Of a DNA stretch of 64,000 bases, positions 10,905 to 21,673 are shown piece by piece. Both the position numbers and the translations under genes were made by a program. The notes below the pieces were generated by a model. The model was not told where the DNA came from. It saw only the letters and a program-made list of their open reading frames with translations, and did not search any database. Positions within the stretch are counted from its first letter, which is position 1. Each line of letters opens with the position of its first letter. The DNA is taken from sequence record DRR723986_5359; one strand, given 5' to 3'.

Positions 10905-12248
10905 TTAAGCGTCTATTAAATTTAAGATATTAACTTCAATTTCTTTAGAATCCCAAACTGCTTCAATATCAGGTCGATCCATAACTTGCTTCATGATTTT
11001 ATCTTGTTTCATGCCCTGCGCCCATGCCTCTGAATAGCGAATTGACGAGAATGAAACTTGACTGTATAACGGCATCCACTTATCTGGGTACAAATCACTG
11101 AAGCGTTTTTCAATTTTCTTTTGCAGAAGAAACATAGGATCACCCACATAGTCGCGCATTACGTAATAATTGTGAACGGATAAATCCTGCACGGCATCTC
11201 CATCTGGCTTTCTTAATTCTTCGTATTCTTCAAATACTTTATCCCAATTTTCATTGTGCTTGAGCATCAACTCATACATGACTGAACAATCTTCAAATCC
11301 AGAATTCATTCCTTGCCCATAAAAAGGGACGGTCGCATGTGCAGCATCTCCCATCAACGCAACTTTACCTTTAGTCCAAGGGAAGCATCTAATAATACAT
11401 AATGATGACAATGGATGGTCGTGCCAGCTATCAATCAAGCCAGGGAACATATCATAGAAGTCCGGAAAAGTTTCTTTAAAAAAGCGATCAACATCTGCAT
11501 CAGTTTTTAGTGCCTCGAACGAATTTTCACCTTCGAACGGCATGAATAAAGTGCATGTAAATGAACCGTCATCATTTGCCAATGCAATCAGCATAAATCG
11601 TCCTCTTGGCCAAATGTGCAGAGCGTTTTTATCCAACTTGTAAGATCCATCTTCGTTGGCCGGTAACAATAACTCTTTGTAGCCGTCATCAATGTAATCT
11701 TGCATATAATCGAAACGATCTAATTTTTGCATGCCGTTATATCTAACAGCAGAAAAAGCACCGTCTGCGGCAAAAACAACATCTGCAGTGTCCTCAACGG
11801 TTTCTCCAGTGACATAATTTTGTAATACGACTTTGCCAGCTTCTAAATCTACATCAACACATTTGTGGTCATAGAAAATTTGAGCACCACCTGTTTGTTC
11901 TGCGATATCCATCATTTTGGCGTTTAAATCACCTCTTGAAATGGAGTAAATAGCCTGGTCATCTTTTCCGTAAGCTTGATAGGTTTCATTTCCAGCCAGA
12001 TCATGCATAATTCTGCCATACATAGGGATGGCTATTGGCTTGATTTGTTCGTCAATACCCGCTAAGTTTAATGCTTTCCATCCTCTCGTAGAAAGGGCAA
12101 GGTTGATAGATTTTCCCGCTGTAATTTCAGCTTTCCGGATGTCAGGGCGTCTTTCATAAATCGTCACCTTGTATCCTGCCTTTGATAGATAAACCGCCCA
12201 TAAAGAGCCTACCAGACCAGCACCAACTATGATTGCTTTTTTCTCCAT
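10905..12248 (-). CDS. kmo: kynurenine 3-monooxygenase (start ATG 12248)
   Basis: GAGLVG, KSINLALSTRG, LHIWPR, GDAAHATVPFYGQGMN. Confidence 0.93.
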   Translation of the reverse strand: MEKKAIIVGAGLVGSLWAVYLSKAGYKVTIYERRPDIRKAEITAGKSINLALSTRGWKALNLAGIDEQIKPIAIPMYGRIMHDLAGNETYQAYGKDDQAIYSISRGDLNAKMMDIAEQTGGAQIFYDHKCVDVDLEAGKVVLQNYVTGETVEDTADVVFAADGAFSAVRYNGMQKLDRFDYMQDYIDDGYKELLLPANEDGSYKLDKNALHIWPRGRFMLIALANDDGSFTCTLFMPFEGENSFEALKTDADVDRFFKETFPDFYDMFPGLIDSWHDHPLSSLCIIRCFPWTKGKVALMGDAAHATVPFYGQGMNSGFEDCSVMYELMLKHNENWDKVFEEYEELRKPDGDAVQDLSVHNYYVMRDYVGDPMFLLQKKIEKRFSDLYPDKWMPLYSQVSFSSIRYSEAWAQGMKQDKIMKQVMDRPDIEAVWDSKEIEVNILNLIDA

Positions 12249-12249
12249 G

Positions 12250-12468
12250 CTATTTTCTTTTCCAATGATTCTGATAACTTGAATCAGAGAACATGTTTTG
12301 TCTTCTATTTGTTTTCTTTTTGCTAAAAACTGATGCGATTCTCCATAAGACAATCCCTACAATAAGAATCCCGAAAACTTGGGCCATTAATTTGACCATT
12401 AAATGAGCTTCAGAAGCACGTCCGCTTAAAAATTCTCCAAAAAATTCAGGATCATATTGGTCCAACAT
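12250..12468 (-). CDS. small single-TM membrane protein
   Basis: 72 aa, packed exactly between kynU and kmo; one TM and a basic tail. Confidence 0.6.
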   Translation of the reverse strand: MLDQYDPEFFGEFLSGRASEAHLMVKLMAQVFGILIVGIVLWRIASVFSKKKTNRRQNMFSDSSYQNHWKRK

Positions 12469-12471
12469 AAT

Positions 12472-13770
12472 TTATTCGCTTATTGCTTTTTCAAGATACT
12501 GTCCAAATCGAAAGATATCTTCAAAAGAATTATATAATGGAACGGGTGCGATTCGAATGACATTCGGCTCTCTCCAATCTGCGATTACTCCTTGTTTTGT
12601 TAAGGCATCAAACATAGCCTTCCCTTTTCCATGCGCTAAAATAGACAATTGGGCACCTCTTTCTTTGGGATTTTTTGGAGTGATAATTTCGAATTCACAT
12701 AAATGATTTAACCGTTCAGAGATATCATTGATAACTGCTTCTAAATAAGCCGTTAATTGATCGCTCTTTGCTCTCAGTTTGTCCATGCCAACTTCATCAA
12801 ATATATCTAGCGAAGCTAAATGGGCAGCCATTCCTAACACTGGCGCGTTTGATAATTGCCAACCTTCTGCACCTTTCATAGGCACAAATCCAGGTTTCAT
12901 TTCAAATCTCGTTTCTTTGTCATATCCCCACCATCCGGCGAATCTTGGTAAGTCTTCATTAAATTCATGGTTTTCGTGAACGAATAAGCCTGAAACTCCT
13001 CCCGGACTTGAGTTAAGGTATTTATACGAACACCAAGCAGCAAAATCTACACCCCATTCGTGTAATTTCAGAATAACGTTTCCCGCAGCATGTGCTAAAT
13101 CAAATCCACAGGTAGCGCCAACTTCATGAGCTTTTTCGGTAATCGATTTCATGTCAAACAATTGACCGGTGTAATAATTAACTCCACCTATCATTACCAT
13201 TGCTAATTCATCACCTGCTTCCTCAATTGCCGTAATAATATCTTCATGTCTAATGGTATGTTCACCTGATCTCGGTCCAACTTCGATTAAGGCATCTTTT
13301 ACATCTAAACCGTGAAATTTCACCTGACTTTCTAATGCGTACTGATCTGAAGGAAAGGCCTTTTCTTCACATATAATTTTATAACGTTTGGCAGTTGGTC
13401 GATAAAACGAAACCATCATCAAATGAAGGTTGGTTGTTAAACTATGTGTAACAACTACTTCTGACGACTTAGCACCAACAATTTTTGCAATTTTTTCTGT
13501 CAGAAATTCATGGTAGGCAAACCAAGGCTTTTTAGCTTCAAAGTGACCTTCAACTCCAAAAGTTGCCCAATCATCAAGTTCGTTTTGAATATAGTCTTTG
13601 ACAGTCTTTGGCTGTAATCCAAGGGAGTTTCCAGTAAAATAAACGGACTCTTCACCGTTAATTTTTGGAATAAAAAATCGATCCCGGTAAGATTTTAAAG
13701 CATCTTTTTCATCTAGGCTTTTCGCATAGGCCAATGAATTTTTTTCTTCGATCATGCTCATTAGGTTCAA
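12472..13770 (-). CDS. kynU: kynureninase
   Basis: [33 protein letters not shown] (PLP Lys), GWWG. Confidence 0.95.
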   Translation of the reverse strand: MNLMSMIEEKNSLAYAKSLDEKDALKSYRDRFFIPKINGEESVYFTGNSLGLQPKTVKDYIQNELDDWATFGVEGHFEAKKPWFAYHEFLTEKIAKIVGAKSSEVVVTHSLTTNLHLMMVSFYRPTAKRYKIICEEKAFPSDQYALESQVKFHGLDVKDALIEVGPRSGEHTIRHEDIITAIEEAGDELAMVMIGGVNYYTGQLFDMKSITEKAHEVGATCGFDLAHAAGNVILKLHEWGVDFAAWCSYKYLNSSPGGVSGLFVHENHEFNEDLPRFAGWWGYDKETRFEMKPGFVPMKGAEGWQLSNAPVLGMAAHLASLDIFDEVGMDKLRAKSDQLTAYLEAVINDISERLNHLCEFEIITPKNPKERGAQLSILAHGKGKAMFDALTKQGVIADWREPNVIRIAPVPLYNSFEDIFRFGQYLEKAISE

Positions 13771-13830
13771 CAGTTTGATTTTCTTTTAAAGATTTGCTCT
13801 AATCATCAACAAATCATTTATTGAATGTGT

Positions 13831-13858
13831 TAATTTTGTGACTAACAGTTCAAAGATA
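13831..13858. promoter_or_regulatory. face-to-face -7 boxes: TAATTTTG (+, hemL) and TATCTTTG (-, kynU)
   Basis: TAnnTTTG at 13831-13838 (+) and 13851-13858 (-). Confidence 0.55.
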
Positions 13859-13878
13859 CGAACTATCAAATTAAAGTT

Positions 13879-15174
13879 ATGATATCAAGAAAAAATTCTG
13901 AAAGCCTATTCGAAACTGCAAAGACACTATTCCCGGGAGGTGTGAACTCTCCAGTAAGAGCTTTTAAAAGTGTGGATGGAGTCCCATTGTTTATTGAAAA
14001 GGGTGATGGATGTAGAATTTGGGATGCTGATGGAAATGAATTTATTGACTTCTGTTGTAGTTGGGGACCATTAATTCTTGGACATAATCATCCTGCTGTT
14101 CGTACAAAAATTGAACAAAACTTGGTGAACGGAACGTCATTCGGGGCACCGACAAAACTTGAGAATGAATTGGGTAATTTAATCGTTCAGAATAACCCAT
14201 TTGTTGAGAAAATAAGATTTGTAAGTTCGGGTACAGAAGCTGTAATGTCTGGAATTCGACTAGCCAGAGGTTATACAGGAAGGAATAAAATTATCAAGTT
14301 TGAGGGTTGTTATCACGGACATTCTGATTCGCTTTTAGTAAAAGCGGGATCTGGTCTTGCAACTTTTGGATCGTCTTCTTCGGCAGGTGTGCCCGAGTCT
14401 TTCTCGGCAGAAACGATTGTTTTACCTTTAAATGATAGAGAGGCTGTTAATACAGCGATTAAAAATCATGGGGATGACATTGCCTGCATTATCATTGAGC
14501 CAATTCCAGCGAATAATGGCTTGCTTTTGCAAGAGAAATCATACCTAGAATTTTTAAGAGAGGTTTGCACAGAGAACGGTATTTTATTGTTTTTTGATGA
14601 AGTAATTAGTGGTTTCAGAGTTGCTTTTGCAGGTGCAGCAGAATATTATAATATTCAACCGGATATTGTGACCTATGGAAAGATTATTGGCGGTGGATTG
14701 CCGGTAGGAGCATACGGTGCCTCTAACGAAATAATGGCTCATATTTCGCCATTAGGTGATGTGTACCAAGCAGGTACTTTATCTGGAAATCCTGTGGCTA
14801 TGGCTGCCGGAATCGCTCAGCTGTCTGAATGCCTAAAAGATGAGTTTTACGAAAATCAAGAAAATAAAACTAAAAAATTCGTTGATAAAATTAATGCCCA
14901 TGCTAAAAGTAAATCTTATGAGTTTGAATTGTTTTCAATTGGTTCCATCTTTTGGTTGACTTTTTCTAACGCAGAGTCTATAAGAAGTGCTTCAGAAATT
15001 AGAGCCGAGTCAATGCAAGACTTTAAAAATTTATACGCAGAATTGTTAAATGCAGGTATTTATCTTGGCCCTTCGGGATATGAAGTAGGCTTTGTTTCTG
15101 CAGCGCACACTGAAGATGTATTAAATCAAGTGGCGGATACATTCTGCAATGCCTTAGACGCTATTATGGCTTAA
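13879..15174 (+). CDS. hemL: glutamate-1-semialdehyde 2,1-aminomutase
   Basis: PGGVNSPVRAF, SGTEA, FEGCYHGH, YGKIIGGGLP, QAGTLSGNP. Confidence 0.95.
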   Translation: MISRKNSESLFETAKTLFPGGVNSPVRAFKSVDGVPLFIEKGDGCRIWDADGNEFIDFCCSWGPLILGHNHPAVRTKIEQNLVNGTSFGAPTKLENELGNLIVQNNPFVEKIRFVSSGTEAVMSGIRLARGYTGRNKIIKFEGCYHGHSDSLLVKAGSGLATFGSSSSAGVPESFSAETIVLPLNDREAVNTAIKNHGDDIACIIIEPIPANNGLLLQEKSYLEFLREVCTENGILLFFDEVISGFRVAFAGAAEYYNIQPDIVTYGKIIGGGLPVGAYGASNEIMAHISPLGDVYQAGTLSGNPVAMAAGIAQLSECLKDEFYENQENKTKKFVDKINAHAKSKSYEFELFSIGSIFWLTFSNAESIRSASEIRAESMQDFKNLYAELLNAGIYLGPSGYEVGFVSAAHTEDVLNQVADTFCNALDAIMA

Positions 15175-15224
15175 CACATTTCACATTCAATTGGTTTTCT
15201 TATATTTAGCTTAGTGTTACTACT

Positions 15225-18191
15225 ATGAGAATTCTTTTTATCCTATTGATGTGTGTTTCAATTTCCGCTCTATCTCAAGAGCCGCAATTGACTGTGCAAA
15301 CTGGTCATGCCTCAACCATATTAGATGTAGAGTTCAATCCTGAGGGAGAATTCATAGCAACAGCGGGCTCGGACCATAAATTAGTGGTTTGGCATTTCTC
15401 AACTTCCAAGCAATACAACACAATGCTTGGACATACTGCTCGAATTAATGCCTTGGCTTTTCACCCAAGTAAAAAGCTATTGGTCTCTGCTTCAGATGAT
15501 AGTACTTTGAGAGTGTGGGATTATTTAGAGGGAATTGAATTAGAGCAAGTTAAGTTAGATTATCCAATCAACGACTTTAAATTCAATAAATCAGGATCAA
15601 AGATTTACATTGCAGGCAAAGAGCTCTTAAGTTTAGAGTTTAATTCTCTGGAGACTACAAAAATTGATGTATTCCCGAAACATGCCTTTACTTGTGTTGA
15701 GCTTTCGGCAAATGATTCTTTGCTTTTTATTGGGGGTATTGAAGAACGCTTTGCTTTCTTGATAGATCTGAAATCGAATGAATTAATTAAGAGATTTCCG
15801 CATTCAATAAAATCCGCAAAATTTCATTCTGAAAAATCTGAAATCATATACTCTAATAATAGTGGAGTTGTGGTTGCATATGATTTTCAAGAGCATAAGC
15901 GTAAGGCAGGAACAACAGATTGGATGTTGAATCTGATTAACGATATAGAATTGAACAATAACCTTATGTATTTTGCAGATAATCAAGGAAATGTAAGGGT
16001 TTTAGAAGATGAAAAGTGGTTTCAAGAAGCTGTTTTTAAAGGAACCAATGATAAAATCACAGCACTTGACTTGTCAAAAAACAAAAAGTTTTTGGCCACA
16101 ACTGGAGCATCAAAGTCTGTAGTAATTTGGGACATAGAAAGTAGAAGAGTTGTTAAGGTGCTAAAAGGTCTTGTAAGTCAAATCAATGATTTGAAATTTT
16201 CTAAAGATGGGTTGAACATCATTGTAGGATATGAGGACGGATCAATGAGAAAAACTGATTTGATTTCAAATCAAACAATTGTCAATAAAATGTCTTTAAA
16301 ATCGGATATTTTAAAAAATGTAGGAAATTTTTCTGTGGTTGATATTTTAAAATTTTCAGAAAATTCAGCAGACCTCTTGGTTATTTACAAACAGTTGCAT
16401 CTGAGCATTGAAGGGTCCTTTGAAAAAGTTACTGAGTTCAAGGTGCATTGGAATTTTCCCAACAACTTGCTCACCTTTGAAAAACAAAAACACCTAAGTC
16501 AGAAAAGTGAAAAATATATTGATGATCTAAAGAATAAGATTTATCATGAAAACACTTATTTCCTTTCTGATTTACCAAAAGTAGCTGTTTCTGATTCACT
16601 CAAAATGAAAGCCTCGATTAAAGGTCAAGATGTTTATTTGACCTCGACAGAGAACGGTGAAACCATTCGAAAAATTGAAAGCCGCCATTCTGGTTTGTTA
16701 ACAGCTGTTGCCTTCAATGATAAGTTTGGGTTCTTAGCCACGGCAGGTTGGGATGGAATGATAAGATTTTGGGATGCAAAAACGGGTGATTTAATGGTGG
16801 TATTTGGAGCTTTTGGAGATGGTCAATTCGTTTACATTACCGAAGAAGGAAACTATTTTTCATCCAAGAATGCATTGGCATATATTGGTTTTTCTATGAA
16901 CGGAAGAATCTTTTCGTTTGAGCAGTTTGATTTAAAGTATAATCGACCGGATTTAGTGATAAAAAATCTACCTTATTTTGATGAGTATTATGAGCAAGCT
17001 TTTCAAAAAGCTTATAAAAAGAGACTGGATAAACTTGGTGTCTCTGCAGAAGACATTAAGTTAAGTTTAGATCTACCAACTCTTACATTGACAAAGGCTT
17101 TAGATGAACAAATTATAGACAACAAACTAAAAATATCGTTGAAATGTGAAGATGAAATGGTAGATTTACAACGATTACATATCTATGTCAACGGGGTGCC
17201 AGAATTTGGAAAAGAAGGAAAGAAACTGAAAGGAAAACTATTCTTGGGAGATATAGATCTGCGATTAAATGAAGGCGCAAACATTATTCAATGTTATGTG
17301 ACCAATGAAAATAATACCTCATCACTTAAGCAAACCTTCAAAGTTCAAGGTACGAGTTCTAAAGAGAAGGATAATCTTTATTTATTGACCATTGGTGTAT
17401 CGAAATATGCAGAGAAAAACTACAATTTGTCATATGCTGCTAAAGACGCTAATGATATCAGTCATTTGTTCACCGATTTAGGGAATTATAATTTGAAGAA
17501 AAGCACTGTTTTGGTTGATAGTATGGCAACTAAAGAGAATATTTTGCAAATGACAGATTTTATGAAGGATGCGAAAGTGAATGATGTGGTGGTTTTATTT
17601 GTTGCAGGTCACGGTGTTTTGGATGATGAGTTAGATTATTACTTTGCGCCACATGATATGGAATTTTCTGACCCATCAAAAAAGGGCGTACCATTTTCTG
17701 TTTTTGATGATATGCTAGAAATGACTAAGAGTAGAAAGAAAATCATGTTTTTGGATGCTTGTCATAGTGGAGAAATAGATAAAGATGAAGTGGTAAAAAC
17801 CTTTGTAACAGATGATGAAGAAAATCAACAAGATCTAATTTTTAGGCGGGTAGGAAACACGGTAAAGAATATAGATGAGGTTAATTCATTTGAACTTTCT
17901 AAAGCATTATTTGCAGATATGAGAGTGAATAATGGCGCTACTGTTATTTCAAGTTCTGGAGGTGCAGAATATGCAATTGAAGGAGATCAGTGGAATAACG
18001 GCGTGTTCACCTATGTGTTGTTGGAGGCCTTGTCTACCAAGAAGGCGGATAAGAACAATGATAAAAATTTGTCTATTTCAGAATTACAGAACTATGTTCA
18101 AATTGGTGTGCACGAAAAAACTGGTGGTTTACAAACGCCTACATCAAGAGTTGAAAATTTAAATTATGACTTTGTCATAGTGAAACGTTGA
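15225..18191 (+). CDS. secreted WD40-repeat protein with C-terminal caspase-like (peptidase C14) domain
   Basis: Signal peptide; GH...WD repeats; catalytic dyad AGHG and DACHSG. Confidence 0.88.
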   Translation: MRILFILLMCVSISALSQEPQLTVQTGHASTILDVEFNPEGEFIATAGSDHKLVVWHFSTSKQYNTMLGHTARINALAFHPSKKLLVSASDDSTLRVWDYLEGIELEQVKLDYPINDFKFNKSGSKIYIAGKELLSLEFNSLETTKIDVFPKHAFTCVELSANDSLLFIGGIEERFAFLIDLKSNELIKRFPHSIKSAKFHSEKSEIIYSNNSGVVVAYDFQEHKRKAGTTDWMLNLINDIELNNNLMYFADNQGNVRVLEDEKWFQEAVFKGTNDKITALDLSKNKKFLATTGASKSVVIWDIESRRVVKVLKGLVSQINDLKFSKDGLNIIVGYEDGSMRKTDLISNQTIVNKMSLKSDILKNVGNFSVVDILKFSENSADLLVIYKQLHLSIEGSFEKVTEFKVHWNFPNNLLTFEKQKHLSQKSEKYIDDLKNKIYHENTYFLSDLPKVAVSDSLKMKASIKGQDVYLTSTENGETIRKIESRHSGLLTAVAFNDKFGFLATAGWDGMIRFWDAKTGDLMVVFGAFGDGQFVYITEEGNYFSSKNALAYIGFSMNGRIFSFEQFDLKYNRPDLVIKNLPYFDEYYEQAFQKAYKKRLDKLGVSAEDIKLSLDLPTLTLTKALDEQIIDNKLKISLKCEDEMVDLQRLHIYVNGVPEFGKEGKKLKGKLFLGDIDLRLNEGANIIQCYVTNENNTSSLKQTFKVQGTSSKEKDNLYLLTIGVSKYAEKNYNLSYAAKDANDISHLFTDLGNYNLKKSTVLVDSMATKENILQMTDFMKDAKVNDVVVLFVAGHGVLDDELDYYFAPHDMEFSDPSKKGVPFSVFDDMLEMTKSRKKIMFLDACHSGEIDKDEVVKTFVTDDEENQQDLIFRRVGNTVKNIDEVNSFELSKALFADMRVNNGATVISSSGGAEYAIEGDQWNNGVFTYVLLEALSTKKADKNNDKNLSISELQNYVQIGVHEKTGGLQTPTSRVENLNYDFVIVKR

Positions 18192-18193
18192 AA

Positions 18194-20002
18194 ATGAAAA
18201 TACTAAGTCTAATTTTAGTTTGTTTGGCTTTAGGTGTGAAAGCTCAAAGCCTCGATTTTGGAGTTGAAGTTACCTCTAATTTCAATTCAGTTGAAAAGTT
18301 TGATTTTGGTGAAGATCAGTTTGATAGTTCTAATTTGTCATTATCCATTGTTGATTTAGCAGGTAACACGAGCAACATTTATTTCCACAAGTTCACCATG
18401 GATAACCATTTTGAGATTCCCATTTATTTCAGATATAATTTTAGAAAAAGATGGTTCATGGATTTCAAAACTTCTATTAGTACGAATAGACTGCAAATGT
18501 GGGGTACGGCCGATTATGATGATCAATACTATCAAGACACTTATGGCACCTATGACGAATTTATAGTTGCTGCAAATAATGACGGTTTTACAAATGCTGA
18601 CTCTTCAGATTATGAGAGTTATATGTCTAATGCGCATAAATTGAATGAGTCTTCTGTTCGTACAACGGAAGAGTTTAAATTATTGACCTTTACCGTAAAT
18701 GGGGGTATTCGATTGTTTCCTCATAAAAGTGTAAAAATGTTCGTTGCAGGAGGATTTACCTATAAGGCCAAATATGATAAACACGTTTATAATCACGTAA
18801 GTTTTGGTAGAGATTATATCGAGAACGTTTCCTCTGTTGAGAAGGCGATAGATCGGTACGCAGAACATTCGACTTATTTTAATACTCAATTAGGTTTTGA
18901 GTTTTATCGCTTTAGGATGTCTGCCTTTTTTCAAACTGGGATGAGTTTTAGATTTAATGATCGTACACCAGGTCCCGAGGTTACCTACACTGCTTTAGCT
19001 ACACCGTTTGATGTCATTAGAACTTATGGTTTTTCGTTGAGTGCTAATCTATTTTCGGTGGATCTAGGTAAACGAGTTAAAAAAGATGAAGTGTCAGAAG
19101 ATGATATGATCATTTCAAATATCGAATCAAAAAAAGATAAATGGGATTTGGGTATTCGTTATGATCGAAGAGGATATAACGATCTAACCACCTATTATGG
19201 TGCTCCCGAAAGCCAATTATCTGTGTTAAAAAAAGATTCGATTCTGTATAATAATTGGGGAACATTCGTTGAAGGACAGCAGATTGAACTCATCACATTG
19301 GGCGAAATAAAACGCGTAAAATGGGGCGGACGTTTGAGTGGTTTCATGAATTTTTATTTAACTAAAAGATTAGGTTTAAGAGCGTCTTTAGGAGGTTCAA
19401 GAATGGAGTTTGATGTGGAGACAAGAGAATTGAACGCTACGGTAATTGGCAACGATTCAACTGGATACTCATACCTAGTAGCACCTGGAACACCACGATT
19501 GAAATCGGCGGTTTATAGAAAAATTGTTGATGTCATTGATTTATCAATAGGCACAACCTATAAAGTTATTGATCGTGATTTATTCTCTCTAGGCGTGAAT
19601 TTAGGATTTGGATTGTCAGGAATGGCTTATGTGCCAGCCGATAGAAAAGGAACTCCTGAAGGTGTTAATGAATTAAGTGTTTATTCTGATTTAGATGATT
19701 TTTATTCAGGCCAACCTGGTACTGGTCTTCAATTTCATCAGGGAGAATTAAATGTTGATTTAAATGGAGATCCTAAAGAAGTATTGGATCAATTCGAAGA
19801 GGGAGTGGTAGGACTTGATGAAAGTCAGGGTGCATCATTAAGGTTACTTTATCCTACTTTTAATTTTGGAGTTGAAGCAAATATAGAGCGCTACACTATT
19901 GGGATTGGCTTTGACTTTAGTTTGGCCTACATGGACGAGTTTCTGTTAGACAGATCCAAGTCAGGATATATGTCTATTGCCTATAAATTGTTTAAAAGAT
20001 AA
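18194..20002 (+). CDS. hypothetical outer-membrane protein, possibly two tandem beta-barrels
   Basis: Signal peptide; two amphipathic strand-rich halves; C-terminal SIAYKLF. Confidence 0.6.
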   Translation: MKILSLILVCLALGVKAQSLDFGVEVTSNFNSVEKFDFGEDQFDSSNLSLSIVDLAGNTSNIYFHKFTMDNHFEIPIYFRYNFRKRWFMDFKTSISTNRLQMWGTADYDDQYYQDTYGTYDEFIVAANNDGFTNADSSDYESYMSNAHKLNESSVRTTEEFKLLTFTVNGGIRLFPHKSVKMFVAGGFTYKAKYDKHVYNHVSFGRDYIENVSSVEKAIDRYAEHSTYFNTQLGFEFYRFRMSAFFQTGMSFRFNDRTPGPEVTYTALATPFDVIRTYGFSLSANLFSVDLGKRVKKDEVSEDDMIISNIESKKDKWDLGIRYDRRGYNDLTTYYGAPESQLSVLKKDSILYNNWGTFVEGQQIELITLGEIKRVKWGGRLSGFMNFYLTKRLGLRASLGGSRMEFDVETRELNATVIGNDSTGYSYLVAPGTPRLKSAVYRKIVDVIDLSIGTTYKVIDRDLFSLGVNLGFGLSGMAYVPADRKGTPEGVNELSVYSDLDDFYSGQPGTGLQFHQGELNVDLNGDPKEVLDQFEEGVVGLDESQGASLRLLYPTFNFGVEANIERYTIGIGFDFSLAYMDEFLLDRSKSGYMSIAYKLFKR

Positions 20003-20811
20003 ATAAGGCTGGGATAAACAATTAGAATTCCGTCAATTACGAAAGAAAAATAAAGCTCCTGTTTTCTTGGCCGAGAGGGTAGAATTGAAAAAGACACTAT
20101 TCCAGAAGCAAAAAGTAAAATCCATAAATTAAACCCAGTTCCTAAATAAATAAAATAGGCGCTTAATAAAACTAATAAAACCGCTATAAAAATTGAAGGT
20201 TGATATCCGATAAGTTGAGGTATCGTTTTCTTTGAGCTTTCATCCACATGCAAATCTCGAATATCAAAGGGAATGGTGATTCCAATGATAAATAAGGTAA
20301 CACCTACAAATGAAAGTAGACTGAAAATGTTTAATTCATTTTCTTGTGAATCTATCAATAAAACAGTGCTTGCTGCCCAAACAATTCCGATTAATATTAT
20401 TTTAATGCCAGGAATATCTCTCAGATTCGACTTAGATTTTCCGGCCAACTTTATTTTATAAGCATACAAGAACGAAATTACTCCAAGAATACTAAGTAAA
20501 ATCAGGGTTTGAAATTCAAGATATACGCTGAAAATAATTGTACCAACTAAGGATACTATCAAAATGAATTTCACAATGGTGCGGTTGTTTTTCATCCAAT
20601 CCATTCGTTCACCATTGATTCTTTCGTTATCTATTAATTTTTGAAAACGCTGATAAGTATATGTTAAAAGGGTAGAAAAAAAAATGAAGCTCAGCAGGAT
20701 CCAATCAATCGACAAATTTTTAAGATAAAAATAAAGTAACGATAGTGTTGATGCACCGAGGGCAATCCAAACATTAGAATAACATAAATGCTGGAGAAAC
20801 TTTGTTTTCAT
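19981..20811 (-). CDS. UbiA prenyltransferase-like membrane protein
   Basis: YSNVWIALGA, LRDIPGIK, IPFDIRDL..D...TIPQ; multiple TMs. Confidence 0.75.
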   Translation of the reverse strand: MKTKFLQHLCYSNVWIALGASTLSLLYFYLKNLSIDWILLSFIFFSTLLTYTYQRFQKLIDNERINGERMDWMKNNRTIVKFILIVSLVGTIIFSVYLEFQTLILLSILGVISFLYAYKIKLAGKSKSNLRDIPGIKIILIGIVWAASTVLLIDSQENELNIFSLLSFVGVTLFIIGITIPFDIRDLHVDESSKKTIPQLIGYQPSIFIAVLLVLLSAYFIYLGTGFNLWILLFASGIVSFSILPSRPRKQELYFSFVIDGILIVYPSLIYLLNNL

Positions 20812-20813
20812 TG

Positions 20814-21491
20814 CTATTGTGCAATATAGTAAATGCTCATTCCAACACCCACGCCAATCACACTGCCGAGTAAAGAGGAAAGCATTCTTTTTTGTTTTGC
20901 GATTCGTTGATAACCCCGATAAAAATTTTCGTTTTTAAAGTATTCTTTGTGTAGGATTTTTTTGTCTTTCAATTTGAAAGATGGGATTGCCCAAGCCACG
21001 CAAACTACCGGAGGAATTAAAAAAGGAAAAATGGAAGGGCTGCTTTTAAAAAACCCTGGTTCTAAGTTATAATTTACTGTATCAGTAACACTACTTTTAC
21101 TGCGGTAGGTATCGAAAATGGAAGCACCTAAACCAATCGCAAATCCTGTAATAAATGGAACGTAGGGCTTAAATGTTTGTCTAGCATCATAGCTCCCATA
21201 AGTAACTGCCTTTGTTTCATTAATACTTAGGAAATCTCCTTTAAATTCATCTGGACGATAGAGGATTTGAGTTTGGTTCGCCTTGGTAAATGAGAATACC
21301 CTATAGGTAGAAATTTCTTCCTTTTTTCCATTTTCAGATATAATGATAACAGAGTCAGAAGGAGTTTTTGTCAGACCTTCAATTTTTCCATAATCCACTT
21401 TCCCGTTCAAGAAAAGAATTGAATCTTTTTGCCCAAAAGAGCCAGAGAGTATTGAAAAAAAGAGGATGTTGAATAAAACTATTTGCTTCAT
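20814..21491 (-). CDS. hypothetical exported/membrane protein
   Basis: Signal peptide, DSILFLNG start, C-terminal hydrophobic helices. Confidence 0.65.
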   Translation of the reverse strand: MKQIVLFNILFFSILSGSFGQKDSILFLNGKVDYGKIEGLTKTPSDSVIIISENGKKEEISTYRVFSFTKANQTQILYRPDEFKGDFLSINETKAVTYGSYDARQTFKPYVPFITGFAIGLGASIFDTYRSKSSVTDTVNYNLEPGFFKSSPSIFPFLIPPVVCVAWAIPSFKLKDKKILHKEYFKNENFYRGYQRIAKQKRMLSSLLGSVIGVGVGMSIYYIAQ

Positions 21492-21630
21492 GTTGCTGTT
21501 TTATGGAATAAAGGTGCGGAAAATTTTGATGAATAAAGCCTAAACTGTTAGAAAAGTTGACGGATTCTGGGGGATTCAAAAAAATAATAACAATTCAATA
21601 AACTTTGTTTTAACAAGATTGCAGATTGTT

Positions 21631-21638
21631 TATATTTG
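21631..21638 (+). promoter_or_regulatory. -7 promoter box of gcvP
   Basis: TATATTTG with TTTG upstream. Confidence 0.55.
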
Positions 21639-21673
21639 TAGGCCCTTAAAATACCCATGAAAAATAGGAAAGA

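Noticed and set aside
12249-12353. ORF-track N-terminal extension of kmo
   Set aside because: It overlaps the 72-aa ORF, and the Rossmann motif begins right after ATG 12248.
21492-21673. Glycine riboswitch upstream of gcvP
   Set aside because: No GGAGA/CCGAAG/CTCAGG core is visible, and the -7 box leaves a leader too short to hold one.
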